DNA from: Ramazzottius varieornatus
Taxonomy: Eukaryota; Animalia; Tardigrada
Direction: 5' to 3'
DNA: 64,000 nt
NCBI GenBank assembly: GCA_001949185.1
Contig: BDGG01000015.1
Coordinates: 997,036 to 1,061,035, forward strand
Both the position numbers and the translations under genes were made by a program. The notes under the pieces are model-generated. The model had not been told where the DNA came from. It did not search any database and worked only from the letters and a program-made list of their open reading frames with translations. The first letter of the stretch is position 1. Each line of letters begins with the position of its first letter. Shown in pieces: positions 42,797 to 54,855 of the stretch.

Positions 42797-45212
42797 GTTG
42801 CAGTGCGCCGATCAGATCAGATATGTAGAGCCCCGTAGTAAAGAGTGAATTCCTGCGTGCCGATGATGGCCAACACGCAACCTGTACCGCCGTCCGTCAT
42901 ATACGCCAAACAAGACAGTCAAGTCTGCTGTAATTAAATCACTCTTGCAATATCCTGGAATAATCCAAGATAATCAAAATGTCTTCGACGACCCCGATCG
43001 ACGAAAGCCTAGGATAACAATTCAACAGACTTTTGCTTCTGGATTTGTACAGAACAAAATAGTCAGGAGCCAACGAGGAAAATAGGCTATAGTTGCAGAT
43101 GTTGTGGAGTGAACGATCCACCTGCCAGCGGAAGAACTTTTGGACGGACTTCGTAAAGCCAGCGTCCGAGATGGCGGCTTTAGGCCGAGAAGCAGGTGAA
43201 GTCCTTCCGCGTCATTTGCATTTTGCTCGGGTTTCAGTAGGAATAATCTGTCAACATCTCTGCACCGTCAGCTGTTGAGTTCCGTTGCGTGCCATGCTGC
43301 ACGACCTCACAAAAGGTCATTTACGTCAAGTAATATCGATAATTTCCTCCCTGGCAGATTGAACCTACATCGGTAACATCACCGCACGCACAGCTCCCAA
43401 TACGACCAAACAGCAACATCAAATTCCGAAATCGTTTAGTGAAGTTTCAAAAGACGCTAAGAAATTTTTTGAAGGGTTGGTCGTTGAGGAAGAGAGTGTT
43501 GTTTGGTATGAGGCTGTGTTTGTATCGTGGACTTGTGATGTACGGGAAGAAGGAAGACTATGAGGAGGGAGATGTGGCTGGGGATGGCCGGGTTGGTCGA
43601 TCGTCCGCAGCTGAGCTGGCCCAATTCTTGTTGGATGATGTATACATAGGGTTGCTTCTGCTCCTGCTCTTGCTTCTGCTGCTGCTGCTGCACTCCGTGG
43701 AATTAATTGACGACACCGTGAGGCTCCCAAGCAGCAGCCAGCGATCAATGATGGCGGGGAAGAGAAATGGCACAACAAGGCATGATTTTAGTGGAGAGTA
43801 ATGATGGGAGAGGAAGCTGTGGAGAGGACCGAGGGGCTCCCATCTATACCCACGCTGTAATGTCACCAAGGCAGCTTGAGGATCGGCCTACCAGTCACGC
43901 AAACCTCTCCACTACAGCCAGCACAACTAGCTCTTTCTTTGGCAGAATTAATCATAGGAACAGATGAATCTTCTCAGACAGTCCCACATGACTAGTTCCC
44001 TACTCTCGGGAACCATCAGCCTTGATCAAAAAGTCTTACCAGGAAGTCCGTGGGAAAAGAAAACGAGCCACGCCTGTTCACCGGCACACGAAAATTCCCC
44101 GAAAATAAACTAACGACACTGTTTACCGACATTAAAAAATTATCTACGAAAGATGGGAATCCCAGGAAAATTGCGCAGAAAAGAAAGTTCCTGATGTAAA
44201 GTGTTTTCTGTCGGTTTGGAGAGCTCAGTTAACGTTAAAGAGTTCAATTAGTACAGATGAAGTCAAAGAAATTAAGCGCCATCATTTCAATGTTGGACAC
44301 GATAGCGTGGCTACGGATGGGAGGTGTTGCGATGGAGGCAGGTAGAGAGCAAGGTGGTCTTGCTGCACAGGATGAGCTAATTTCCGGCCATTGAAGATAA
44401 TGGGCCGCGCGTGCATGGCAGAACCCAAATAGCAGCTTGGCCGTCTTCGTCCGACCAGCCGCCATCATTTTAAACGACTGCTCTTTGTGCCGCTTCACCA
44501 CTCAACACAATCGCTGCTCCCAAATCTGCAATGAGCTTTTCTTGAAAGTAAAATTGATCAAGTCTGAATTACATTACGTGGACGCCTACCCAAAGATTTG
44601 CAGAACTCAAAAGAGCTTTGTTTTTTAATTTTCTTTCACCTTTTGAATTGCTTGGTTTCACCATCGCTAAAACAGGAAGACGTTCTTTTTGTCATCCCAT
44701 TAGCGGGATGAGCTTTGACCGTAGGAAACGATAGAGTACGAAGCCGCTAATTAAGGCAGGTAAATTGACGGGCGTTGTTTTGGCGTAGCCGCGAAAAGGG
44801 CGTCACCTGTCCGTTTTGCCCCTAATCAGCCATGTCATTCCTCGTTGAACAAAATACAATCGCACATCTTTTCTATAATTACAACATCTTACTCTGACGG
44901 ATAAGGAGGTGTCAAGATAACGCAAACTAAGAGGTCATCCGTCGCCACTAAGCACCGCTCTAACCTTTGAAGGTCATTCATAAAAAGCGGCAAATCAGTG
45001 CTGAAACACACGGCAAAGCTCGCCATGACATAAAATTTATAAGTTCCGAAATGGAAAGAGTGACAATGAAGACCGGAAAAGAAGCGTAAAATTCCAAAAG
45101 GTGAAATGTCAAAGGGAGAAACAACGTAAGTGTACTAGGGAAATAAGACATGACTGTTCTCTGCATAATCTTCAGATTAGAGTGGGAATATTGAGAATGT
45201 ACGAAGGTGATA

Positions 45213-47279
45213 TTATGCGATGGGTTTCTGGACGAGCCACGAGTCAAGGCTTTTCTTGTGGCACGGATGGAAGAGGGCGCCAGCCCCACCGCACACTTGC
45301 CAGTGCAATCCACTGGCGGGTGGCGACACAAGGTCCTGGCAGGCGCCCATGCAGCAATCAGTCAGTGTTGGACAGGAGGTCCAACTGATGGCTCCACCTG
45401 TCGTCGAGCTATCTTTCAACCACATCCGCAGGTCCTCCCGTAGTCCCTCATCCCGGCTATCCATCGACACTTCACTCATGCGGTCAAGCATGTCTGAAGG
45501 GACTGTCAGTGGTTTCGTCCAGGTGAAGCTGGAGCTCTTGGACAGCACTTCGAAATCGTCACCACACTGACTGGCACTGCAGCGGGAGGAGCCAACTTCC
45601 GAGCCGCACCAACTAGAAGTATGGTCAGGCAGGCTGGTGCTTGGAGGGGCCAAGGAGACGTATGAATGGACAGATTCAGAGGGAGGAAGCCAGTCTTCGC
45701 AGCGCTTGGACAGAGTGAAGAAGTAGCTGAGGCAGTGTTTGCTACCAGCGTTGTCAGCCGAAGAACCACCACAGCATTCTTTCAAGGACTGGCAAGGTTG
45801 TTGGGCTCGACAAACCTCGGCCACCTGAAGCACAAGATGCGCTATACAATGCCCTGCCCATGTTTTATTTCATCTTTTTTGACCATGTTGTCAGGCTTAC
45901 CGATGGCAACTGGACAACGTCGGGCACTCGCATCAGCCAAGTCTGTAGGTCACTGTCGACCGGCCTGCTCTTTGCATTAGGCGCAGCATTCGTCTCACCC
46001 ACCTGCATGCACTGGACCTTATGGGCATTTTCGATCTCCAGGTTGGCACCAACATGTCCACCTCCTTTCATTTGACCAGCGCAAGCCTGTACAGCAAGAT
46101 CAGTCATAGTTGAAGAAAGTAAAAGTAAAAGCCCAGTCCGCAAATGAGTTGCAGGGGTACCTGTCCACAAGCCTTGACGGAAGGGGGCCGGGCTTGGACA
46201 TCACTGGTGACATCCGTGGCGGAAGCCTTTAGCCAGCATTCAGCCTTCATGGCCCGAATGGCGTTGAAATGCTGAGAGATGCCGTTTCCGGCCTGGTCCT
46301 CTTCTACCGTTTGGGTTGTCGAAGTAGCAAGCGATCTGTTGGAAGTGGACTGTGCTATCGACGACAGCCCATTAAAGTCATGGCGCACCTCATCGGGCTC
46401 CTCCGAATGCTCCAAAGCAGATGGTGACTGCAGCCAGCGACTCCACTACAACCATATCCAAAAGAACGACGTAAGAGATATGAAACGCCAAATGATTGGC
46501 CAGAATAAGCCCAGAATGCTCCAAGATAATGTGGAAGCGGGACGGTAAATGAAGCTTAATTGTCCCAGCAGAGCTGCATAGTCTTAGCTGACTAGGGGCA
46601 AACCTTTCTTCAATTTCTCTTGCCCTGTAAAGAAGGTTCCACCAACCTTGGAAACTGTCTTGCCTCGGTTGGACATATCCCTGGTCTCCACAAAGACTTG
46701 ACCACAGCTGTCAATGACACTGCGCAAAGCAGTCTGCCCCTTCTCCTCGAAGCCCACCACAGGCGTCACCTTCATGTCATTTTCCATGGCCGTCGTCCTG
46801 CAAAGCCCCAATTGTATAGCGATATGTTAGACGAAAAGCTGCCTAGTTCACTCACATGTCACGAAGCAATGCTTCGATGTGATGGCGCACGTCCCGTGGG
46901 GCAGCAACGTTGGCACTTGCTTCGTTGTCCAGCAATTCCACCGATTCCTTCAGGCTTCGCAGGGCGGACAAGGCGTCAATAAGGCTGGTGTGTGAGCGCG
47001 ATAGATGCGACTCCAGAGCGTGGTCCACGTTGCGCATCAGCGTCGTTTCGCGTTCTCGCAACCATTCGATGTATGCACCAAAGGTTGCTTTGATCTTGTC
47101 TTTCACCTATCGAGGCCCAGTTCACAACTTGTCTGAAGGATCAGATATGGGCAAGAAAGGAGCACATGACAGCTTACCTCCTCGGCGTTACGCATCAGCT
47201 GTTGATGCTTCTGGCTGATAATACACTCCACCGTCTGCAGGCTTTCGTCGTGAACTTGGTGGAAAGCTTCCATATTCAT
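45213..47279 (-). CDS. NCOA4: NCOA4/ARA70-like protein
   Basis: N-terminal coiled coil NAEEVKDKIK..EWLRERE..L..VD; LEIENAHKVQC; EVCRAQQPCQSLKECC; repeated xWL motifs. All parallel vertebrate NCOA4 (EIENL..LKC; EVCRANEPCTSFAEC). Confidence 0.8.
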
Positions 47280-48182
47280 TCCTTCCTGCCAGGGATCCGT
47301 CTGTACTCTGCGTGGAGAAGTTTGTGCCGCCCACTTGCAGCTCCCAGACCTTTTGGCTTCCCCAAACGTCTCACAACCTAAAGAGAGGTCCGTAAAATGT
47401 TTTCCAGAACTTCCACTAGCGCAGTAGGATAGAGTTCAAAGTATGCAGCTAATCTAGACGATATCGATCGATGTCAACTAGATTATACTGTGTAGATGAA
47501 GGCAAAAAGTGAAGCGACTGGATTCCCCCGCAGCTGCTTTCTCTTTGTGTGCTTCGCGCATACAGCAGAGTAACTATTAAGTACCATGTACTGTCATGTT
47601 GTTATATCATCGGTATGTGTGTTCGTACATCTTACGTAAGGGCATGAAATTTCCGCCCACTTTCCATGATCTGAAGCCTGTAGGATTCGTACAAGCTCAG
47701 CTAAGCATGGTCGAGCTAGAAATGGTACAAAATACGGCCGGATCGAGGAGGTGTTCGCAGAGAAGTTGGGGATTGGTGAACCACGGCAAGGCAGAATCTT
47801 ATTCGAGATAGAACCGCGGACCGAAAACAGTTCGACATGCATACACGATTCGAACTGTCACTCACAATCTTAGAAATCAGAAAGAATCTGATAAATGCTA
47901 CATCTGAAAAATATCACAGATCTAGTGCACATACAGGTAAACAGAAAAAGTGCTTCATGGAAGCGTCAAACAAAACAACTGGGGACATATTCGGGGAATG
48001 TCTAGCGGCGTCATGTAAAAGGACAAGGTCAAAAATGGAACCGAAAGGTCTCTGACAAAAGCACACCACAGAGAACAATTAAGCATGGAAACCCAAGCGG
48101 TCACGTCCACCTAGACTATCTTAACGAGCTGTCGAGCGAATGTACTGAAAGAGCGAAAGTGCGAGCTTCAGGTCAGAAGGGT

Positions 48183-49311
48183 TCACGGTTGGCCTCGCAT
48201 CCATGCGCACAGGAAGTGTAGATAATCTGCTCCGACGTACAGCAGTGTTGAAGCACCTAAACAAAACGACCGATGTAACAACTAGTTAATACTGATGACA
48301 GATCAAAGCCAACGAAGGGTGATTACAGCTGGCAGCCAGGAGTAGTTTCGCGGCAGGATGGAACCTCGAGACGTTGTTCCCCAGTGTCGACCATAGTAAG
48401 AGCGAACCTATAAAAGAGGGAAGCGATTAGTTTGTCGCTGGTCAGGACCGGTTGTTAGATCTCAGCGAGACTAGCAGGTTTTAAGCTAAGTTGTGGATCG
48501 CAAGAGGAAGAAGAGCATACCGAAGTTAAAGACAACACTGCCGAAGACGCTGTACATCAGTCGGTTATAAACAGCAGCAAAACAAACGGGCGGCGAATTG
48601 TAAATATACAGCCCTGCAATGCAAACTCCGTTAGTATAAAAAGCCTGTTTATTATTTTTCATGCATCGCCGAATGATGGATTAGTTTGAAGGCAGGCAAT
48701 AGACAATCATGAAGAAGGAAGAATGAAGGAAGCATTCGTCCGCTTACCGATGCCAATGTGCGATGTGTACAGCAAACTATTCACTATCCACAAATTATGG
48801 TCCCCGAAAAACCTGAAAGAACAGAACAGACATGTCGATTTTGGGCTACGTAAGGCGACAACGCAAAGCCTAGCGATTATTTTACGACGTGTTACCGTGG
48901 TGTGAATATGGCTTTATGGACGAGGTGTAGACTGAGCGCTTCATAGCTGCACACTCCGACAAAGGGGGTGTATACCCTCACTATATTGCTCATACTGGGT
49001 ACGGGGAACCTAAAGCCACGGCGCTTCTTCCTGGAGGGACTTCTACTGTAGACTTTGAAGCCAGGAAGGCGTTCTGGAACTTTACAAAGCTCGTCAATCT
49101 CCTGCAAAAGTTCGAGACTCGACTGTGGCCGGTCCTGCCACCGGAAGGGCTTGCCATTGAAGCTGCTCTTGTACGGGCCAGAGTTGGACGATGTCAATAG
49201 TCCGGAGTCGCGTCTGGATCTTGCATGTCCGTTGACGTTGGTGAATACTTCGGGCAAGTCCAGCTCCCTTTCCGTCGTGGCGCACAAACTCTGTACGGAT
49301 GCAGACTTCAT
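48183..49311 (-). CDS. Uncharacterised multi-pass membrane protein, 5 exons
   Basis: Spliced: ..YTPFVGVCSYEALSLHLVHKAIFTPR|FFGDHNLWIVNSLLYTSHIGIG|LYIYNSPP..RLMYSVFGSVVFNFG|SLLLWSTL..KLLLAASC|ASTLLYVGADYLHFLCAWMRGQP*. All four junctions are GT-AG and phase-compatible. Start uncertain. Confidence 0.75.
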
Positions 49312-50267
49312 CTCGGCAACTTCGTCGGCTTCACCGGGGCATGTATCTGTCCGCGCGTGTTCGTGAGGCACTTACAAGCACGTAATAGCATCCGGCATGG
49401 GTTAGCAGGTGAAGTATACTGGGGGAATCGAAGAAGAAAGAGGATTACTCCGGAGAGCTTGTTCAGCTGGCTGAAATTGAAGGGACAAAAAAACGAAAAC
49501 ATTGTCATCCTGTTCGGACTTCAGATACCTATTGCAGTTGATTACTTGATCAACGCTTGTATGCCATCGACACACTGCATCGTTAAAAATGGGTGTTGGA
49601 TGGAGCCAGAATGGATAAAGCCAATGAAATTTGCGCATGCAGCAAAACATAACTTTTCGTTGGCGGAGTCGCAAATAAGCTCCGGCTGCAGTATTACGCC
49701 CATGTATAACGGTTAATTCCAGAGGTTGATACTCGCCTTGTTTAGTTTAGTAAGTTAGATTAGCACAGTGGTCAGCCAATCAGATCAAGCGATGGAGGCG
49801 AACCTGAACGCATTGAACCCACTATGCTATGCAAATTCCTGATCGGTGCTTAGCGCGTGCAGTCCACTAAGCCCTGTTCAGTAAAAAGTGGTTAGCGGCC
49901 TGGTCATGTTCCACCGTGGGCATTGACTACTATGAAGCAGCCATGATGCTTCTTGAATCCGTAAACTTTACCTGTCGTCTACTTTACGGCATCTTTTGAC
50001 TTTCTCCAACTGGCAAGTTTCGAATTTCTACCTCACAGTCCCAGTCTCACTGGAGAATTTCTTTTTGCTTGTTGTCACGATCGTTTCATCGACCCAGCCA
50101 CAGTAGACAACTCGTGCATGAAACACAGAACCATATCAGACTAGAAAACCAGCTCGAAATTCGACGCCGCGTTGAAAAAAACGTGGCTAGCAGCTTTGGA
50201 CACGATTCGCAAGCAGAATTTGAAAGACAGAAGCGCTTTCTTTTCCGATGTAGAATATAGCGTCAAG

Positions 50268-50560
50268 ACTACAGCTGAAACTGCAGTTTCCAAGATACTC
50301 CAGTCTGTGATTAAAACTACAGTTAAACCTACCGTCGAGGTCAGCTTACTGAACGTGCGCGCAGAGCTATAGTTGACGGTACCGTTAACTGTGGCTTTGG
50401 AAGAGCTGCTCATTTATACGACTGTAGGTTCAACTGTAGCGTTGGCTATTTGCTATGAACTGTAGCTTTTAACCGTAGCTTTTTTTCCGCAGCCTTTTAG
50501 CAGTTCGACTTCACACACTCTGACTTTAGCTGTAGCTTTGTGTACAGAGCTTTAACCGCA
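50268..50560. repeat. Inverted array of ~12-bp CTACAG/CTGTAG motifs around a central hairpin (foldback-like)
   Basis: ACTACAG-type motifs lie left of, and ACTGTAG-type motifs right of, the near-palindrome at 50362-50399. Confidence 0.5.
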
Positions 50561-50966
50561 ATAACCGCCTCTCCAACTGCTGGTTCGCGACTGCCGTTGA
50601 ACGTACGTTGCACTACGCTAATCCGAGCCTGGCATAACGGGTCGCAACCTCTGCGTGTTTAGTATAGCTAGTGGGCGGAGTCTGATTGCTGTGCTGATTC
50701 AAAACAGTGAACTAAACCAGGCAAGTATCAACCTCTCTATTTTGTCCTACACTGCACATGACATAACGTAACACTCGCACGTAACGAGCTACAGTGCACG
50801 TGATCGATGGACACTGGACAGTGGCCGTTTTTTCTTCATCCTTTGGCTCCTGGCTCTCTCACCAGTGACTCACCCCTCAATAGGTCCTGGTGTTAGTTAA
50901 CGTATTGCAGCAACAATAATCTATTCCTTTCAGGTGCTCCTACGAAGAATAGAGAGCAACAAGACC

Positions 50967-53007
50967 ATGGATATCGGGTTAGCCGTGGCTGGTAAAGATC
51001 CTTTTTCTGAAGAATATAGCCTTCTTTTATGCGGACTTCCGGTCGGCTGTACTCCCGCCAAAATCCGGGACTTCTTCTCCCCGCTCTCCCTGCAGCACTG
51101 CACGTTCATCCACTTAAATTCGATGTACCTTGTGCTATAGCGGGGGTGGCCAGCAAAGAGGACATGGACATAGCGATGCGAGAAAAGCAGTGGCAGGTGA
51201 GAACTGAGCCAGATCGTTTTATCACGTGGCACACACCTTCGGTCAGCACCTACGGCAATGTGCGCCACTTCGTCAAACGATCTTGTCGAGCTTGATTGTC
51301 GTTTTGGGTGGCGCACACATTCAGTCAAACAATGATGACGTGCGCCACCTGAGACGGCCATCGGGTTCAACTCATTTGCGGATGATTCAGTACATCCTGC
51401 GCCCCATTTCTGTCTTGTGGTGATGTTAGATGAAGCCCTCTGGTCTCCTTGAGTTTTTTTGCGGTATATTGATGGTTCCGCCGTTCGTCTGCGAGGTGTG
51501 GATGAGTTTGAATTGTCAGGCCGTCAAGCAAAGTGGGACTTTATTCATCGGGATGTCCAGATGGGTGTCCTGTCCTACTTTGACGTTTCCTCCGCTGTCG
51601 CTTTCGCAGGTAACTTTCTGTATTCCCAGCGAGCTTTCTCACCGTTAACCAATGTCCCTTTTCCTGACTGACTATGTTTACAGAGTTTGTCGAGAGTGGA
51701 ACGACTTTCTGACACCACTGTGGGATCAAGTCAACAACTGCATCCATATTTACCTCGATGATGGAGAGCATGATCCTATATTGGTCTTGAAAAAAGTCTT
51801 CCATCGTCTTAGCCGGCACGTGGGGGACTGCGGGCGGGTGACATGTCTGGTCGTCCAGTACGCGCCTTATGCGTGGCTCGAGACCAGCGGACTTGGGTCG
51901 ACTTGCTATCGCGCCGATCAGGTCCTCCCACCGTCGGCCATCAACTGCTACCTCTTCAAGCACGACCACATCCACACGCTCATCCTCATCGGTACGTTGA
52001 TGCACGATAGCGAGTGGGCAGAGAACATCGTGCTGTGCAACGACAGGCCGTTGTGGCCACGAGCAATGCCAGTCGTCTTCCACGACTGCCAATTTGACAT
52101 ACAGGTCTTTTTCCCATGAAGACGGTCCAGCAGGATGCCAATAAGCACTTTTCAGCTATGACAGATATGGGAGGTGGGCAAATGCTTTGAACCAGATCCT
52201 CATCTTGAGTGGCGCACCTTCCCATTGCTGCGGGCCGAGAGGGTGCGCCACTTGAGGAAACCATCTGCTTCAGATCATTTGCCCACGTTCCAAATCTTCT
52301 ACATTTTGCATATTTGGAACCAGGAAGTCTAGCTTTTGAAATCTAGCTATGGTTCCCTCGACAACTATGTCACAGCGGTTCGTTTGCCCAACTTGGTCAC
52401 GGAAGTCGGAGCGGAAGTGGACGCTTTGGCCCGTCTCCGTCAGCTGCACGCACAAGTGGACCAGCAGCGGCTTCTGTGGCCGGCAAGCCTTCCTTCGGAG
52501 CAGCTGGAGGAGCTGAAGGTACAGCTGCCTCAGTGCGTTTTGGAGAAAGATGTGAGGGACAACGAGGAAGCTGTGTCCGAAGAAGAAGCCCTCTCAGAAG
52601 AACCCTTTTCCATCCCCTGCCTGATGCTGCTGCTGTCGGTTTGTCGTACCGTCAAGCCATTAGTCGCTACCTGGACATGTACGACAGCCTCCCCCGTCTC
52701 GTTCAGAAGCGGCAGTCGACCGGTATCTTCTTCAAGGAGACACAGAATCGAGCTGGCGGCATGTCCATTTCTTGGCTCGTGTCTTCTCCCAAACGCCAGG
52801 AGGACAGCGCCACCTTACAAGATGGCCGACCACTGCCTCAACCTTGACTTCTATGGCATCTCAGCCATCCCCCTACCGAAAGAAACTGCCCCGCAAGAGC
52901 GAGCTGCGTTCCAGCGACAGTTAAAGGATCTGCTGAAGGATGGACCCCTCGGACCAGCAAGTCTCCATGCCCGACTGGCTCTTCCAGCTTCCGGACTTTT
53001 TGTCTAA
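50967..53007 (+). pseudogene. Disrupted gene with N-terminal quasi-RRM-like segment and F-box
   Basis: LLLCGLPVGCTPAKIRDFFSPL../..CAIAGVASKEDMDIAM (qRRM-like). WDFIHRDVQMGVLSYFDVS/LRCRFRR|VCREWNDFLTPLW (F-box; intron 51610-51683; 1-bp frameshift ~51590). Further stops and frameshifts. May extend to an exon near 53276-53430. Confidence 0.62.
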
Positions 53008-53491
53008 TATTTAGTTCTGTGATGAGTTTTGTCCAAAGAGTTTTCAAGTTTCACTTCCGCCCGAGTCTTTCGGATCTTCTCGAGTTACGGCGCTTTGTGA
53101 GAACTCTGGAAGGTATTTTGTGCTTCGGACAGCGTAGAACATGCCTGCGTATGTGCAAGTTGCTAATTTCGCTGTGATTACCCGTCGCGGCACGTTACGT
53201 TTTGAAACCCTAAATTATAACCTCCGAGGGAAGCGGAGTACAGTGTACCCAGGAAGGGGCGTCGGTTTTGTCCAGTGGTGCGTGTGATGTGGGCCCAGTA
53301 CTTCGATGTCCTCTCGAGTCTCGACCCAACCACCGGCTACTTCCGCAAAACGGTTTTTAACGAGGGCCTACCCCAGCCTTTGTATGGTCCTTCGATGTAT
53401 ATGGCGGTGATCGTGGCTGTACAAACGCCAAAGTCCGCCCGATGTCTTCCCGGCTCTTCCGGGGATCGAGAATTTGTGCAGAACACAGCTA

Positions 53492-53527
53492 GTCATGTCA
53501 TGTCATGGCATGGCATGTCATGTCATG
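53492..53527. repeat. Pentanucleotide microsatellite (GTCAT)3(GGCAT)2(GTCAT)2
   Basis: Read directly from the sequence. Confidence 0.8.
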
Positions 53528-54855
53528 CACTAACAACTGAGCTTACTGCTTATGGGCGGCGTCTGCCACAAAGAACAGCTGGCTTGTTGGTGCGCAACTC
53601 ATGTGGGAAACTCCGACAAACACATTGTACTCGGAGTATCGTACAGGCCGGGCTTTTTTATTTTGCAGTCCGCAATGTGCCAGCGGATGTTGCTGGTGGA
53701 ATGGTCCAACCGCAGTACGAATGGCCATATAGGTTTGTGCAGGCGCAGTTCGTTGACTTATGAACTAGTTCTTTGACATGAGATTACTCTTGACGGAGTC
53801 TGACTTGCATGCATTCGTCCGATATTTGTTTTGAAACCTCAGTGATTTTCTTCAACTCCAAGGTAGAGTGTTGTTTTATCGCTATTGCACCTGTACTCGA
53901 CGCCCATCATCGAGGTACAATAGCCCATCGTCTTTCCCTCCTGTGGGTTATCTTTATGCAGCAAAGACAATCGAGCTCGCCAAATAAACTATAAGTCTCT
54001 CATCAACTGTCCCATTAAGGTGATACCCGTATTTCCACCACTTTTTCGGGGAACATGCTCCGCAATATCCACCGGAATTTTTCAGCCTGTCTGGACGTTG
54101 GTAAGTAGTCAAAAACGTGTGAGCTTCTCGCTATGTACGTACAACGTTAACCAAGTTTTTTCCAGCTTTAAAACGCCGAGTTTGTTGAATGCTCTTTGGA
54201 TAAACGGAATATGAACATTTGCTCTGTGGATTACAATGTAAGTGCGTAACCAGGATGGGTAAAAAGCTTCAATGAATGAGAATATGGTATATCATCGCGG
54301 AGTAATTAATTGACATGTTTGTGTTATTTTGGTTAGGCTTGAGAAGAGGGCGTGGTCAGTTGGGGCGTTTGTGAGTTTGCTGCCTGTATGCATGGGCAAT
54401 TCTTGACCGGATGGCTCGATGGTGAGACTATAGTCCATGGGTAGCTCTAAACTTAGAACGGACGAGGCAGTTGGTGCGATAAGTGCTGGCACTACTACAG
54501 CCATCTGCGCTACAACAGCAACGTGAAACGTGACTGCAAGGAGGACTTGCCCGAGTTGTGCGCCACCCACTACGGCCGTCACACGGCCCACTGTAAAATG
54601 AGCCGCCTTGATACGCCGCCGGCAAATACTTCTCCTGCAACTACGGTAATTATTATCCATATAAGCCATGATTTCTTCAAGACCACGAAGGCCGTAAAGT
54701 AATGATCATAATCAGATATGACCTTCAACATCCTCTGACGATCCTGGGCTTTTTCCAAGCCACCAGTCCGCCACTTTTCCAGTAATCTCCAGCAAGTTGC
54801 TGGAATATATTTACAATTTATCTGATTCAATCTGAATGAAGTGTCTATATTGGTT

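Noticed and set aside
42330-43300. TNGCGTG (XRE) matches suggesting AHR autoregulation; also scattered CACGTG E-boxes elsewhere
   Set aside because: Counts are about what chance predicts for 6 defined bases over several kb.
43419-43869. Poly-Q/poly-L/poly-A ORFs upstream of AHR
   Set aside because: They arise from a short CTG-type repeat with no splice-supported model; probably AHR 5' UTR or promoter.
50069-50260. LEIRRR segment as the missing bHLH of the CLOCK-like gene
   Set aside because: No helix-loop-helix pattern (no DKxxIL-type helix 2) and no convincing splice sites.
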